Source: Sphingomonadales bacterium (GTDB taxonomy: Bacteria > Bacteroidota > Bacteroidia > UBA7662). From it: a stretch of 64,000 nt of DNA. A program made the translations under genes and the position numbers. The notes beneath the pieces were generated by a model. That model made no database searches and was not told the origin of the DNA. It saw nothing but the letters and a program-made list of their open reading frames with translations. The stretch's first letter is position 1. Every line of letters begins with the position of its first letter. Location of the stretch: contig VHAX01000010.1 in NCBI GenBank assembly GCA_016872215.1, positions 2,158 to 66,157 of the forward strand. The letters run 5' to 3'. Positions 43,651 through 56,053 of this stretch are shown here, piece after piece.

Positions 43651-44250
43651 TCAACGCCCATCGGTATGAGGGGACATCCACCTTGCCACGTATTTACCTA
43701 AGATATCCGCTTCAAAATTCACCTGTAATCCCGGCTTCCATTGTTGAACATTTGTATGTAACCAAGTGTAGGGTATGATGGCTACCGCAAATGAATCCGC
43801 ATCGAGGTGGGCAATGGTCAGGGAGATCCCGTCGAGACAAACAGAACCTTTCTCGACGAGCAAATGGGCGTAGGTTTCAGGATAGGCGAATTCAATCCAC
43901 CAACTTCCATTGCGCTCCGATACCGATCGGCAAACGAGACAAGTGTCCACGTGCCCCTGCACGATGTGTCCATCCATTCGCCCCCCTGCAGGCACACAAC
44001 GCTCCAAATTCACTTTGGTTTGAGGTACCCACGAGCCGATATGGGTGCGCAATATAGTCTCCTCAATCGCCGTAACCTTGTGCATACCATCAGCCACTTC
44101 CACCACCGTCAGGCACACCCCATTGTGGGCCACACTCTGATCGATCTTTAGTTCCGGGCTCAGTTCTGACCGAATCCACAACTTAAGATTTGAACCCCTC
44201 ATCTCACGAGTCATCACCTCCCCCACCGTCTCAATAATGCCTGTAAACAT
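43651..44250 (-). CDS. Riboflavin synthase (alpha chain; called ribE or ribC depending on nomenclature)
   Basis: MFTGII N-terminus, NGVCLTV, GHIVQGHVD, GISLT. Confidence 0.96.
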   Translation of the reverse strand: MFTGIIETVGEVMTREMRGSNLKLWIRSELSPELKIDQSVAHNGVCLTVVEVADGMHKVTAIEETILRTHIGSWVPQTKVNLERCVPAGGRMDGHIVQGHVDTCLVCRSVSERNGSWWIEFAYPETYAHLLVEKGSVCLDGISLTIAHLDADSFAVAIIPYTWLHTNVQQWKPGLQVNFEADILGKYVARWMSPHTDGR

Positions 44251-44268
44251 AATCTATTCCCTTATCTC

Positions 44269-46950
44269 TTATCTGTAAACCCCAACCACACCATCGCGGT
44301 CGACCGGCTCGATTCCTGAAAAGACCCTGAAATTAATCCTGATCCGGTAATAGTACGTGCCTTCCTCCACAGGCACACCCTGCATGGATGTGCCATCCCA
44401 ATCGATCGACGGCACAATGCTCCGGTACACTACCTGACCCCAACGGTTATAGACATACAAATCGATCGATTGCACAAACCGCCAACCCGGCAAAGGCCGA
44501 AATACGTCATTGACCCCATCTCCATTGGGCGAAAACACATTCGGCAGTTCATATTCCAGGCAATTCTCGGAGCACACCTCATTCACGAAACCGCTTTCAT
44601 TGCCCCCGCTGTCGACCGCCGTTATAAGATAACAGCCGGCAACCGACGACAACAAACCGGAATGAAGCCAGAATGGTAACGAATCGGCAGGCACCGACTT
44701 CAGGAATACAATAGGAACACCTTCACCAGAACTGAAATAAATGCGCCATTCCAACAGATCAGCCGCGCATTCCGGATTCTGCTGCCATGACAATAAGTTC
44801 TGAAATCGGTCGCAGTCGGTAGCCACAGTGAGGGTGGGTGGACAAGGGGGCACGGAGTCGCGGGGAATTCCACACACCCGCTGGGCGTCGTTATACAAAA
44901 GCGTGGGCATACCCGGGGCACGATAGCCACCGCGACTCATCACCAAATAGCAATAACTTAGTCCATTAACCAGACCAGTATCGAGCCATTCCGTGCGGAC
45001 TGTAACTCCCAGCAATTGCCTGACACCACCGGTCCCTTCCCGGAATACATAGAATGAATCATTTTGCCAAGGTGTATCCCAGGTCCAGGTCAGCCTAAGA
45101 CGGGCATCCAAAGGTTGTACCTGCAAAAAAACGGAAGATGCAGGGGTATTGCGACCCACCAAGCCGAATGAGGCACCTGAGAACAAATCCAAGCGGTAGA
45201 AATGCGGGCCCTGAACTGTATTGATAAACGAGTCGACGTGCACGGAGTCGGTCATAAGCGAGGCAAAATCCAGCCATGTGCGTGAAAAAAGGGTTGAATA
45301 TCCTTGTAGATCGGGACGCAAAGACCGGATTAATTCGAGCCGATAAGGTGGCGGGAACAAGGTCTGATCCAATTCTGAAGGCCCCAACCAAGCCAACGAA
45401 ACAGATCCGGTGACCGGATCCGTGCGTTGCACACTCACACGTATGAATGCAGGCAAACTCAGCGGAACCTGTGCGCATGCCTCTTCAGAGGATATACTCT
45501 CTGATCCCCCGAGTGGGTTCAAGGGATTTTCGCTAAAAAAGGCCGTTATCCGATAGCAAAACTCCTCACCCGGTGGGAGTCCGTGCCCTCTGTTGTCATC
45601 GACAAACACCGTGGAGTTGCGCCCCATCACCGTATCAAGCAGCACGTATCCGGTGGAGGCGGGAACACCGGTTTCGCAATATCCTGGGGTGTATGGGCCA
45701 CTTCCCTGCTTGCGATAAATACGATATCCCAATGCCGACGTGCAGGAATGTGGATTGAAACTGATTCTGATCGCCGCTGGCTGGGGTGTGGCCACAACAC
45801 CCGTCACCGCGGGTGCAATGACCCTGATATTCCAAACACCATAGGCCGTTAAGGGCGGATTACCATTGTCGATGGCCTTGAAAATCACCCGGTATGGGGC
45901 CAGACGAATGTGGCTGCAGGTGGTGTTCCAACTGAAGGGAGACGACAAAGGACCCACACCGGTCACGTCGGTGAAAGTAGCCGGAGATTGGCTAACCGCC
46001 CCACGCGGCGGTGCAAAGGGCATTCCGGCCGCACTTAAACTGATGACATGACCATCACTATCGGTTGCGGTTATGGAACGCAACAGAGGGCTTCCGGCCA
46101 CCACGCAGGTATCGGGAGGCACGATAAAATTGGGTGGCCGGTTGTTGCAGGCCGCAACAGTCACCTGAAAATCACGCAAAATCGATGAGATATTGATCCC
46201 GTTCCGCCATTCCCGGATCAGCATTGCGTAATTGAACTCACCCGGCTGTTGGGGCGTATTCCAGATAAAATCACCATAAATCCCATCTACATACAATTGA
46301 CTTTGGGGCGCCGGATAGAAAAACCCGGGTACGGGAAGGCCGTTGTCGCCCCGGCAGGGAGTGATCTCGTAGGACAGAGAGTCACCATCCGGATCCACCG
46401 CCCCGGGGTTGTGAACAAACAAGCGATTGATGCAGGCGTAATCGATCGGCGGAAAATACAAAATGGGCGAGCTGTTCGAACCCAAAAACGGACTAATCGT
46501 TAGCTGCGTTTGGATGTAAAACATCAGATTCACCGAATTGGGGATGTTCACTACGTTGGCCACCCGGTTGGGGTCGGCCACGGAAATGGTGTAGGTAGAG
46601 GGACCGGGAAAAGTATGCGTGGTGACGTAGGTGTTGCGCACGATGTCGATTCCAACAAACACCCGACTAAGGCGGGGGATAGTATCGATGATAACCGGAT
46701 TCCCATAGTTGAAAGAAACCGGTAACTCGGGCCTGTCGGCCGCATTCTGGTCTTTGGTATAGGTTATGACCGTAATTTCGAAGGTGAGTCCCGACAACTG
46801 CCGAAAGGTAATCTCACCACCCCGGTTGTGGGTTGCGTGCAGGGGCATACACCAAAGGAGCAGAAATAGGCTTAAAAAAGACAGGCAGGCATACCTACGA
46901 CCTTCCCACAATTTTGTGGTACAATCCAAAAAAGGGGAGAAAAAGGGCAT
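44269..46950 (-). CDS. Large secreted protein with T9SS type B (gliding motility-associated) C-terminal domain
   Basis: ATHNRGGEITF after signal peptide; PNVFSPNGDGVND, YNRWG, WDG, GTYYY C-terminal domain; start uncertain. Confidence 0.85.
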   Translation of the reverse strand: MPFFSPFLDCTTKLWEGRRYACLSFLSLFLLLWCMPLHATHNRGGEITFRQLSGLTFEITVITYTKDQNAADRPELPVSFNYGNPVIIDTIPRLSRVFVGIDIVRNTYVTTHTFPGPSTYTISVADPNRVANVVNIPNSVNLMFYIQTQLTISPFLGSNSSPILYFPPIDYACINRLFVHNPGAVDPDGDSLSYEITPCRGDNGLPVPGFFYPAPQSQLYVDGIYGDFIWNTPQQPGEFNYAMLIREWRNGINISSILRDFQVTVAACNNRPPNFIVPPDTCVVAGSPLLRSITATDSDGHVISLSAAGMPFAPPRGAVSQSPATFTDVTGVGPLSSPFSWNTTCSHIRLAPYRVIFKAIDNGNPPLTAYGVWNIRVIAPAVTGVVATPQPAAIRISFNPHSCTSALGYRIYRKQGSGPYTPGYCETGVPASTGYVLLDTVMGRNSTVFVDDNRGHGLPPGEEFCYRITAFFSENPLNPLGGSESISSEEACAQVPLSLPAFIRVSVQRTDPVTGSVSLAWLGPSELDQTLFPPPYRLELIRSLRPDLQGYSTLFSRTWLDFASLMTDSVHVDSFINTVQGPHFYRLDLFSGASFGLVGRNTPASSVFLQVQPLDARLRLTWTWDTPWQNDSFYVFREGTGGVRQLLGVTVRTEWLDTGLVNGLSYCYLVMSRGGYRAPGMPTLLYNDAQRVCGIPRDSVPPCPPTLTVATDCDRFQNLLSWQQNPECAADLLEWRIYFSSGEGVPIVFLKSVPADSLPFWLHSGLLSSVAGCYLITAVDSGGNESGFVNEVCSENCLEYELPNVFSPNGDGVNDVFRPLPGWRFVQSIDLYVYNRWGQVVYRSIVPSIDWDGTSMQGVPVEEGTYYYRIRINFRVFSGIEPVDRDGVVGVYR

Positions 46951-47026
46951 AAGCGTGAACGTATAAATATCCCTTTCCCGTATCCAACCCTAAAAGAATG
47001 GGAGAACACGGGTTTGGGCTCATGAA

Positions 47027-47791
47027 TCAATCACCTGGTCTCAGCGTGGCACCGTAATACTCGCGGTTGAGACGGGCAATATGGGTTACGCTGATTCCCT
47101 TCGGGCACTCGGCCTCACAGGCCCCCGTGTTGGTACAGGCACCGAAACCCAACTCATCCATTGTGGATACCATTTTTTGTACACGCTCACGGCGTTCGGG
47201 CTGGCCTTGGGGAAGCAACGCATATTGAGAAACCTTGGCCGAAACAAAAAGCATGGCTGAGGCATTCTTGCAGGCCGCCACACAAGCCCCGCATCCGATA
47301 CAGGCCGCCGCGTTGAATGCTTCGTCGGCATGCATCTTAGCGATGGGAACCGCATTGCCGTCCGGGGCATTTCCGGTGTTAACCGACACAAACCCCCCTG
47401 CCTGCATGATGGTATCGAAAGCCGAACGATCCACTACCAAATCGCGAATCACGGGAAAAGGCCGAGCACGCCAAGGCTCAATGGTGATGGTTTCGCCATC
47501 CTGAAAATGCCTCATATGGAGCTGACAGGTAGTGGTGCCCGATTGGGTACCATGTGCACGGCCATTGATATACATGCTGCAGGAGCCGCAGATTCCCTCG
47601 CGACAATCATGGTCGAAGGCCACGGGCAACTCCCCTTTCCCTACTATTTGCTCGTTCAACATATCCATCATTTCCAGAAACGAGGCGTGAACCGGAACCT
47701 GATTCAATGAATAGATTTGAAACTTACCCTTATCGGTGGGGCCATTCTGACGCCATACTTTGAGCGTGAGTCCGATCGTATCTTTTCCCAT
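47027..47791 (-). CDS. sdhB: Succinate dehydrogenase/fumarate reductase iron-sulfur subunit
   Basis: [28 protein letters not shown]. Confidence 0.95.
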   Translation of the reverse strand: MGKDTIGLTLKVWRQNGPTDKGKFQIYSLNQVPVHASFLEMMDMLNEQIVGKGELPVAFDHDCREGICGSCSMYINGRAHGTQSGTTTCQLHMRHFQDGETITIEPWRARPFPVIRDLVVDRSAFDTIMQAGGFVSVNTGNAPDGNAVPIAKMHADEAFNAAACIGCGACVAACKNASAMLFVSAKVSQYALLPQGQPERRERVQKMVSTMDELGFGACTNTGACEAECPKGISVTHIARLNREYYGATLRPGD

Positions 47792-49728
47792 CACTTATAA
47801 CTTCTTTGCGAAGGTTTAACAATTTCAAACTGCAAAGGTTCTTTGTGCAACACGGGGGTTATGGAGTTACCCTGATATGCCCAGGCAGCGACATAATTCC
47901 CATTCTGATCGTCGCGGAGCGCTTCGCCTTCCGGCGTTTGGCTTTCCACACGGAAATGACCACCGCATGACTCGGAACGATCGAGCGCATCGCGGATCAT
48001 CAAATCCCCCAACTCGATAAAGTCGGCCACGCGCATCGCCTTATCGAGTTCGGGATTAAACTCATGCATGCTTCCACCGACCCGTAGATTGGTCCAGAAT
48101 GAATTCTTCAAATCACTGATCAAACCCAATGCCTTCTTCAAACCCTCCTCGGATCGCGCCATTCCGCAATACTCCCACATGATCTTCCCCAGATTGCGGT
48201 GCAACCGCTCGGGTGACTGTCCGCCTTTTATCGACAAGAACTTCTGATACATTTCCTCAGCCCGTTCCTCAGCTACAGAAAACGCTTCATGCCCGGTTGA
48301 TATGGAAGGGGTATGAATCTCATCGGCCAGGTAATTACCAATGGTATAAGGCAATACAAAATAACCGTCGGCCAGGCCCTGCATCAGGGCCGAAGCACCC
48401 AAACGATTGGCACCATGATCGCTGAAGTTTGCTTCACCAATCGCATACAGACCAGGAACGGTCGTCATCAAGTCGTAATCGACCCACAATCCGCCCATGG
48501 TGTAGTGCACCGCGGGATAAATCTTCATAGGCACCTCGAAGGGATTGTCGCCAGTGATTTTCTCATACATTTCAAAGAGATTACCATAGCGCGCGCTGAT
48601 CGCATCCTTACCTAGTCGTTGAATGGAGTCCCTGAAATCCAGAAATACGGCCAATCCAGTTGGATTAACACCACGGCCGCCATCACAGACCTCTTTGGCG
48701 GCGCGACTGGCCACATCACGAGGTACCAGGTTGCCAAACGCGGGATATTTTCTCTCGAGAAAGTAATCGCGATCCTCTTCTTTCAATTGAGCGGCCGTCA
48801 CCCTACCCTCTCGGATGGCTAGTGCGTCTTCCTTCCGCAGAGGAACCCATACCCTTCCGTCGTTTCGAAGCGACTCCGACATGAGGGTCAGTTTCGACTG
48901 GTATTCACCCGACTGGGGCAGACAAGTTGGGTGAATCTGAGTAAAACATGGATTGCCGAAAAAAGCCCCCTTTTTATGGGCTTTCCAGGCAGCCGTAACG
49001 TTCGACCCCATGGCGTTGGTCGACAAGTAAAATACATTCCCATAGCCCCCGCTGGCCAAAACTACCGCATGAGCCCCATGCCGCTCCAATTTTCCGGTAA
49101 CCAGATCCCGGGCAATTATGCCTCTGGCCTTTCCATCGATTACCACTACATCTACCATTTCATGCCGCGCAAACATCTGCACTTGCTTTCGGGCTACCTG
49201 ACGGCTAAGTGCAGAGTAGGCACCTAACAAAAGCTGCTGACCGGTCTGACCCCGGGCGTAGAAGGTTCGTGAAACCTGGGTGCCTCCAAACGAACGGTTG
49301 TCGAGTAGTCCGCCGTAATCGCGGGCGAATGGTACGCCCTGTGCCACACACTGATCGATGATGCTCGCGGAAACCTCGGCGAGGCGATACACATTCGCCT
49401 CACGCGCCCGGTAGTCACCCCCCTTTATTGTATCATAGAATAACCGGTACACACTGTCGCCATCGTTCTGGTAGTTTTTCGCTGCATTAATCCCCCCCTG
49501 AGCAGCGATCGAATGAGCCCGGCGTGGACTATCCTGAAAGCAAAAGGCCTTCACTTTATAGCCCAATTCGGCCAAAGAGGCTGCCGCAGAGGCCCCGGCG
49601 AGGCCGGTACCCACTATAATCACCTCGAGTTTTCTCTTGTTGTTGGGACTCACCAAACGGACCGTGGAGCGGTATCGGGTCCATTTTTCAGGCAAAGAGC
49701 CGTCGGGTATTTTAGCACTTAGTGTCAT
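47791..49728 (-). CDS. sdhA: Succinate dehydrogenase/fumarate reductase flavoprotein subunit
   Basis: [32 protein letters not shown]. Confidence 0.95.
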   Translation of the reverse strand: MTLSAKIPDGSLPEKWTRYRSTVRLVSPNNKRKLEVIIVGTGLAGASAAASLAELGYKVKAFCFQDSPRRAHSIAAQGGINAAKNYQNDGDSVYRLFYDTIKGGDYRAREANVYRLAEVSASIIDQCVAQGVPFARDYGGLLDNRSFGGTQVSRTFYARGQTGQQLLLGAYSALSRQVARKQVQMFARHEMVDVVVIDGKARGIIARDLVTGKLERHGAHAVVLASGGYGNVFYLSTNAMGSNVTAAWKAHKKGAFFGNPCFTQIHPTCLPQSGEYQSKLTLMSESLRNDGRVWVPLRKEDALAIREGRVTAAQLKEEDRDYFLERKYPAFGNLVPRDVASRAAKEVCDGGRGVNPTGLAVFLDFRDSIQRLGKDAISARYGNLFEMYEKITGDNPFEVPMKIYPAVHYTMGGLWVDYDLMTTVPGLYAIGEANFSDHGANRLGASALMQGLADGYFVLPYTIGNYLADEIHTPSISTGHEAFSVAEERAEEMYQKFLSIKGGQSPERLHRNLGKIMWEYCGMARSEEGLKKALGLISDLKNSFWTNLRVGGSMHEFNPELDKAMRVADFIELGDLMIRDALDRSESCGGHFRVESQTPEGEALRDDQNGNYVAAWAYQGNSITPVLHKEPLQFEIVKPSQRSYK

Positions 49729-49731
49729 GAA

Positions 49732-50439
49732 TCAACCATTAAAACTCAAACCGAAATACATCATTACCGGAATCAGGGCAAACAAGGCCGGAACGATCCA
49801 GGAGAAGGCTACGCCAACGCTGCGAATGGTTTGGCTATAGCTCGAATAACCCAATCCCAATGTCTGAAAAGCACTTCTGAATCCATGATGCAGGTGAACA
49901 CCCACCGCCAACAAACCCAAAAGATACACCCCAACATACCAAGCTTCAGAATAGGCTGAGCGAACCACTTCGTAGGCATTCACAACAACCTCGCTTCCGC
50001 CACCTGGAAGAGGAATGGTGATGGGCTCAGGACTCTCAAATTTCAATTGATACCAAAAATCCTTCAGGTGAACGATCAAAAAAACCAGCACCAAAGTACC
50101 TAAAATACCCATATTTCTCGAATTCCAGGCCGACTGTGCCTTCTCGGATTTGCCTGTGTAGCCAACCGGCCTGGCCGCGGCATTGGTTCGGGTGAGCCAG
50201 ATGCTGTATAAAACATGGAGGATGATAAAGGAGAAATTCAGCTTGGAAACGGTTTGAATCAGCAAACTGTTGGTCATGAAATGGCTGTACCGATTAAAAG
50301 ACTCACCCCCATCGCCCGCCAGCAGCTGAAGATTACCGGCAAGGTGCACTACAAGAAACAAAATGAGGAACAAACCGGTGAGCGACATCATCAATTTCCG
50401 CCCCAGAGAAGAGCGCATCATTACAGAAAATTTATTCAT
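49732..50439 (-). CDS. sdhC: Succinate dehydrogenase cytochrome b subunit
   Basis: Hydrophobic helices with His ligands (VHLAGN, HLHHG); operon position; TATTTTTG box near 50463-50470. Confidence 0.92.
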   Translation of the reverse strand: MNKFSVMMRSSLGRKLMMSLTGLFLILFLVVHLAGNLQLLAGDGGESFNRYSHFMTNSLLIQTVSKLNFSFIILHVLYSIWLTRTNAAARPVGYTGKSEKAQSAWNSRNMGILGTLVLVFLIVHLKDFWYQLKFESPEPITIPLPGGGSEVVVNAYEVVRSAYSEAWYVGVYLLGLLAVGVHLHHGFRSAFQTLGLGYSSYSQTIRSVGVAFSWIVPALFALIPVMMYFGLSFNG

Positions 50440-50494
50440 AGGCGAAAATCAATCACAGACCACAAAAATACGACGGAAACCAACTATAAGCAAC

Positions 50495-50523
50495 AAAAAA
50501 CCCCGGGGAGTACCCAGGGTTTT
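50495..50523 (-). terminator. Intrinsic terminator after groEL
   Basis: Minus strand AAAACCCTGGG-TACT-CCCCGGGG-TTTTTT. Confidence 0.75.
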
Positions 50524-50552
50524 CTGCACACATTCACCAAAACAAACCTGTT

Positions 50553-52199
<1,647 letters not shown>

Positions 52200-52221
52200 T
52201 TATTTGTTTTTTTTTGAATGA

Positions 52222-52500
52222 TTAGTCGATAATCGCCAGTATGTCCGACTCGCGCATGATCAGGTAATCGGTACCTTCGATGTTGATTTCTGTGCCTGAG
52301 TACTTACCATACAACACGGTCTGACCAGCTTTAACGGTCATGGGTTCATCTTTTTTGCCATTCCCTACTGCGATGACTTTACCTTTTTGTGGCTTTTCCT
52401 TGGCCGTGTCGGGAATGATGATGCCACCGGCCGTTTTTTCTTCTGCAGCGGTTGCTTGTACCAGAACCCGATCTGCAATGGGCTTGATTTTTACTGACAT
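52222..52500 (-). CDS. groS: Co-chaperonin GroES
   Basis: [28 protein letters not shown]. Confidence 0.99.
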   Translation of the reverse strand: MSVKIKPIADRVLVQATAAEEKTAGGIIIPDTAKEKPQKGKVIAVGNGKKDEPMTVKAGQTVLYGKYSGTEINIEGTDYLIMRESDILAIID

Positions 52501-52542
52501 AAATTTAAATTTTAAGGGTTAGAATAGTTTGATGGTGGAAGA

Positions 52543-52671
52543 TTGACATCAACTATGCCAATTCACTAAGAATGATGGATGATACCCAAACAACACCCAA
52601 AAAGCGATAGAGTTCTGACAAACTGTCAAAGAACCCTGACAAACCTTTCATTTAGCACCTACTTTTTGTCA
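52543..52671 (-). promoter_or_regulatory. Candidate sigma54-like promoter (TTGGCATAGTTGATGT) with upstream palindrome TGACAAACTGTCA (52616-52628) and half-sites
   Basis: TGGCA at -24 with GG-N10-GT (imperfect -12); palindrome plus TGACA 52637 and TGTCA 52667. Confidence 0.5.
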
Positions 52672-52851
52672 GTTTAACAGAGTCTGTTCGTCAGTTTACA
52701 TCCTGAAAAGTCCCCTCCTCACCTTAATAAGGCCATAGTAACACATATTGAAACCACAAAATTATCCCAAAAGCATTATGAAGGTCATAAAATAGATCTT
52801 AAAATAGGCCTTTAATCGATGTAGTTCAGGTTTCAGAAAGTCCTATACATA

Positions 52852-53256
52852 TTATTCCGGCACGGCTCCACCCTGTGGGGCGGATGTCGCAGCACCCGGC
52901 GTATTACCCTGACCCTGTGGGGCCGGCGCTGTGCCACCCGACGCGTCCGGTGCCGGAACACCCGGGGCAGGCAAACCCACCCCTACTGACTCAGCCTTAT
53001 CACGAAGTTGGGTGGCATCTTCAACCTGGCCGCCGCGGTCAATCCACAAATTGATCATTAGGGTGAATACCAATAAAGCCAGACTCAACATCCAAGTAGA
53101 TTTTTCCACGACATCGGTGGTCCTTTTAACGCCCATAAGTTGACTACTTCCAGCAAAATTAGCGCTGATTCCTCCACCTTTGGGCTTTTGAATAAGCACA
53201 ATCAAAATCAGCAGTACGCAAATCAGGATTATGAAAATCGTGAATAAAGTATACAT
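52852..53256 (-). CDS. secG: Preprotein translocase subunit SecG
   Basis: Two TM helices, IQKPKGGG, EKSTW. Confidence 0.93.
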   Translation of the reverse strand: MYTLFTIFIILICVLLILIVLIQKPKGGGISANFAGSSQLMGVKRTTDVVEKSTWMLSLALLVFTLMINLWIDRGGQVEDATQLRDKAESVGVGLPAPGVPAPDASGGTAPAPQGQGNTPGAATSAPQGGAVPE

Positions 53257-53279
53257 ATGTCAGTTTTCAGTCGTGAATT

Positions 53280-54233
53280 TTAGGTTTTGGCCTGTTTCAA
53301 TTGAGCAATTCGGGCTGCAAATATGGGCATTTTTTCTGGATTCATCAAAATGAGTTGTTGATAGATGGCGATGGCGTAATGCCATTCCTGCTGCCCGGCA
53401 AAAACCTCCGCCAGAGTTTCACTCGCCGGCAGTTGTTCGCCGTCGATGCTGGCCTGCGCCAGCTTCCTAATAGTGTGCATAGAATCGGCCGATAAAGGAT
53501 CCCCAAGCTCATCGCTCACTTTCACCCGTATGGCCTCTAAATCCTGAGGCAAAAGGAGACCCGAAGGGGCGTTCAACAAATCAGTCGTAGCAGCCAGACG
53601 CAGCTCACGCTCGTAATCGGCATCTCCGTTTTCAACCGATTTTACGGGCGGGTTCATATGAGAACTCCGGGCATAAAATCGAAACCAGTCCTGCAAATCG
53701 TGGGGTTTATGGAGGAAGTCGGTATCGCCTTGAGTCTCTTGAGCAGAAGGCGTCCCTAATTGGAGATCCTCAACCTCCATTTCCTGAATGATTTCATTCG
53801 TTGCATTGACCGGTTCCACTGTTGCCATTTCCTGAACAACTTCCATCGTTTGCACGGGTCGATCCTCAACCCCCATTTCCTGAGCGTTTTCATTCATTGC
53901 AGTGACAGGTTCCACTGTTGCAATTTCCTGAACAACTTCCGGAGTCACTACATTCTCAAATAGCTGTTCAACCGGATTGTTTTCATCCGCCAATGACCAG
54001 GCATCGCCCTCGGTAAACATAAAGGCCCGCACAGGATCTGGTGCCAATGTGAGTATTTTACGGTGCTGTTTCTTGTAGCGACTGCTGTTTTGAAGCCTGT
54101 ATTGCTTGAGCAACAAAAGATGACCGGCTGTGAAATAGGGATATTCCTGCACGAGCTCCTCCAATTCAGCCAAAGGATGCTCCGCCAACAGGGATGGGTC
54201 GTGGTAGTATTGAGCAAGGCGATCGAGGTTCAT
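53280..54233 (-). CDS. Conserved hypothetical protein with C-terminal TPR-like helix pair and internal 32-aa duplication
   Basis: EYPYF N-terminus, SETLAEVF..Q..A..IY..L.L.NPEK C-terminus; lies between lptE and secG. Confidence 0.75.
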   Translation of the reverse strand: MNLDRLAQYYHDPSLLAEHPLAELEELVQEYPYFTAGHLLLLKQYRLQNSSRYKKQHRKILTLAPDPVRAFMFTEGDAWSLADENNPVEQLFENVVTPEVVQEIATVEPVTAMNENAQEMGVEDRPVQTMEVVQEMATVEPVNATNEIIQEMEVEDLQLGTPSAQETQGDTDFLHKPHDLQDWFRFYARSSHMNPPVKSVENGDADYERELRLAATTDLLNAPSGLLLPQDLEAIRVKVSDELGDPLSADSMHTIRKLAQASIDGEQLPASETLAEVFAGQQEWHYAIAIYQQLILMNPEKMPIFAARIAQLKQAKT

Positions 54234-54772
54234 TACCAGTTTACAAATGCGCGGTTAAATATATCATCTACGAGCTGTCGAACAATCTCCTGATTCAACT
54301 GATCCTCTACCTGCCTGAGGTCGAGTCCCGCGTCGAAGTCGGCATACCGAACAAATCTCTGTTCCCAGTTTTCGGCCGTGCGGAATCGATTCGTATAGCG
54401 CACCTGAACGGCAATACTTAATCGACTTAAAGAGGTGGTTTCACCTGCGGCAACCGCTGCCGGGGCCACCGCATAATCAACAATGCTGCCTTCGAACGTC
54501 AAATCCGCATCGGCGGTTTGCAGGCGCAGTCGACTTTCAGCCAGAAATTTGTCGCGCATGCGGTCCGATAGTATCTGAGACAATTGGGGGACTACCACCA
54601 GCGAGCGGTTGTCGAATTGAGCGATCGACAGACTCACGGCCTCAGGTGGAATGGAGGCTCCGCTAAACCGATACACCCCACACGAATTGAGGGAACACAA
54701 TAGCAACGTTCCAACGGAAAGGACCCCATACAGACGGCGCAGCGGAATAAGATGCACGACGAACTGCATCAT
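54233..54772 (-). CDS. lptE: LptE family lipoprotein
   Basis: LNSC lipobox, YRFSGASI, DIFNRAFVNW end. Confidence 0.8.
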   Translation of the reverse strand: MMQFVVHLIPLRRLYGVLSVGTLLLCSLNSCGVYRFSGASIPPEAVSLSIAQFDNRSLVVVPQLSQILSDRMRDKFLAESRLRLQTADADLTFEGSIVDYAVAPAAVAAGETTSLSRLSIAVQVRYTNRFRTAENWEQRFVRYADFDAGLDLRQVEDQLNQEIVRQLVDDIFNRAFVNW

Positions 54773-54773
54773 T

Positions 54774-56039
54774 TTAACCCTCATCCATTCCATATTCCTT
54801 GATTTTCCGGTACAAGGTTCGCTCCGATATCCCCAATTCCTGTGCAGCGTATTTGCGTTTGCCAGAATGCTTGCGCAACGCCTTGTCGATCATTCTACGT
54901 TCGACTTCCTCCAAAGAAAAATTCTCTTCGATATCCTCTACGGCCTGCTGATCCTCAAAAACCACCCGCCGCTGCATGGGGTGCGACAGGATCTCCGCCG
55001 ATCCTTGTAGAACGTCGGTTTCGGTTGACCCAACCGGCGTTTCAGGACGAGCCCACTCGGATGAAAGGTCGAAGGCCGTTCGGTTGGGCATCTCCACACC
55101 CGATTCTGCTGCCGATTGCATGAGCCGCGCCACCACCTGCTTAAGCTCATTGATGTCCTTCTTCATATCGAACAACACCTTATATAAAATGTCCCGCTCG
55201 CTCATGTCTTCTGACCCTACTGGCAGTCCCAAGGCGACCGGAAGCGAACGTGCAGCGGACTCTGCGGGCAGATAGCGGCGAACTTCATCACCCTGAATCA
55301 ACTGGCAAGGCGCAAGAACCGACATTTGTTCCGCCACATTCTTCAATTGCCGGATGTTGCCCGGCCACCGGTATCCGGCCAGAATTTCCTGAGCCTCAGC
55401 ATCAAGCTGCACGGGTTGGCTGCTGTAACGTTCCGCGAAATCGACTGCAAATCGCCTAAACAGCAGGGGAATATCGCCCGGCCGCTCGCGCAGTGCAGGG
55501 ATTTGAATGGCCACTGTACACAATCGGTAATAGAGATCCTCACGAAACCGGCCCTTTCTGATTTGCTCCAACAAATCGACATTGGTGGCGGTAATCACCC
55601 GCACATCCGTTTTCTGAACTTTACTGGAACCCACCTTGATGAACTCCCCCGACTCCAAAACCCTAAGTAAGCGGGCCTGAGTGCCAAGGGGCATTTCGGC
55701 CAACTCGTCGAGAAAAATTGTGCCCCCGTTTACCGTTTCGAAATAACCCTGTCGAGCTTCAAATGCACCAGTAAACGAACCCTTTTCATGCCCAAAAAGC
55801 TCAGAATCGATGGTTCCCTCCGGGATGGCACCACAATTCACGGCGATGAACCTGCCGTGTTTTCTGCGGCTTAACTGATGCAGGATTTTAGAGAACACCT
55901 CTTTGCCCACGCCGCTTTCCCCCGTTATAAGCACGGTGATATCGGTGGGGGCTACCTGTACGGCCGTGCTCAGTGCATGGTTCAGTGCTGCTGCGTTCCC
56001 GATTATGCCGAATCTTTGTTTTACAGAAGTCAATTCCAT
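54774..56039 (-). CDS. Sigma54-interacting AAA+ activator with Fis-type HTH and no N-terminal sensor domain
   Basis: GESGVGKE, SELFGHEKGSFTGA, FLDE, FREDLYYRL, WPGNIRQL, LGISERTLYRK. Confidence 0.93.
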   Translation of the reverse strand: MELTSVKQRFGIIGNAAALNHALSTAVQVAPTDITVLITGESGVGKEVFSKILHQLSRRKHGRFIAVNCGAIPEGTIDSELFGHEKGSFTGAFEARQGYFETVNGGTIFLDELAEMPLGTQARLLRVLESGEFIKVGSSKVQKTDVRVITATNVDLLEQIRKGRFREDLYYRLCTVAIQIPALRERPGDIPLLFRRFAVDFAERYSSQPVQLDAEAQEILAGYRWPGNIRQLKNVAEQMSVLAPCQLIQGDEVRRYLPAESAARSLPVALGLPVGSEDMSERDILYKVLFDMKKDINELKQVVARLMQSAAESGVEMPNRTAFDLSSEWARPETPVGSTETDVLQGSAEILSHPMQRRVVFEDQQAVEDIEENFSLEEVERRMIDKALRKHSGKRKYAAQELGISERTLYRKIKEYGMDEG

Positions 56040-56053
56040 GATCCTATGTCGTA

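Noticed and set aside
52652..52678. CIRCE element upstream of groES (TTAGCACCT...)
   Set aside because: Left arm matches 7 of 9 but the right arm CAGTTTAAC matches only 4 of 9 of GAGTGCTAA
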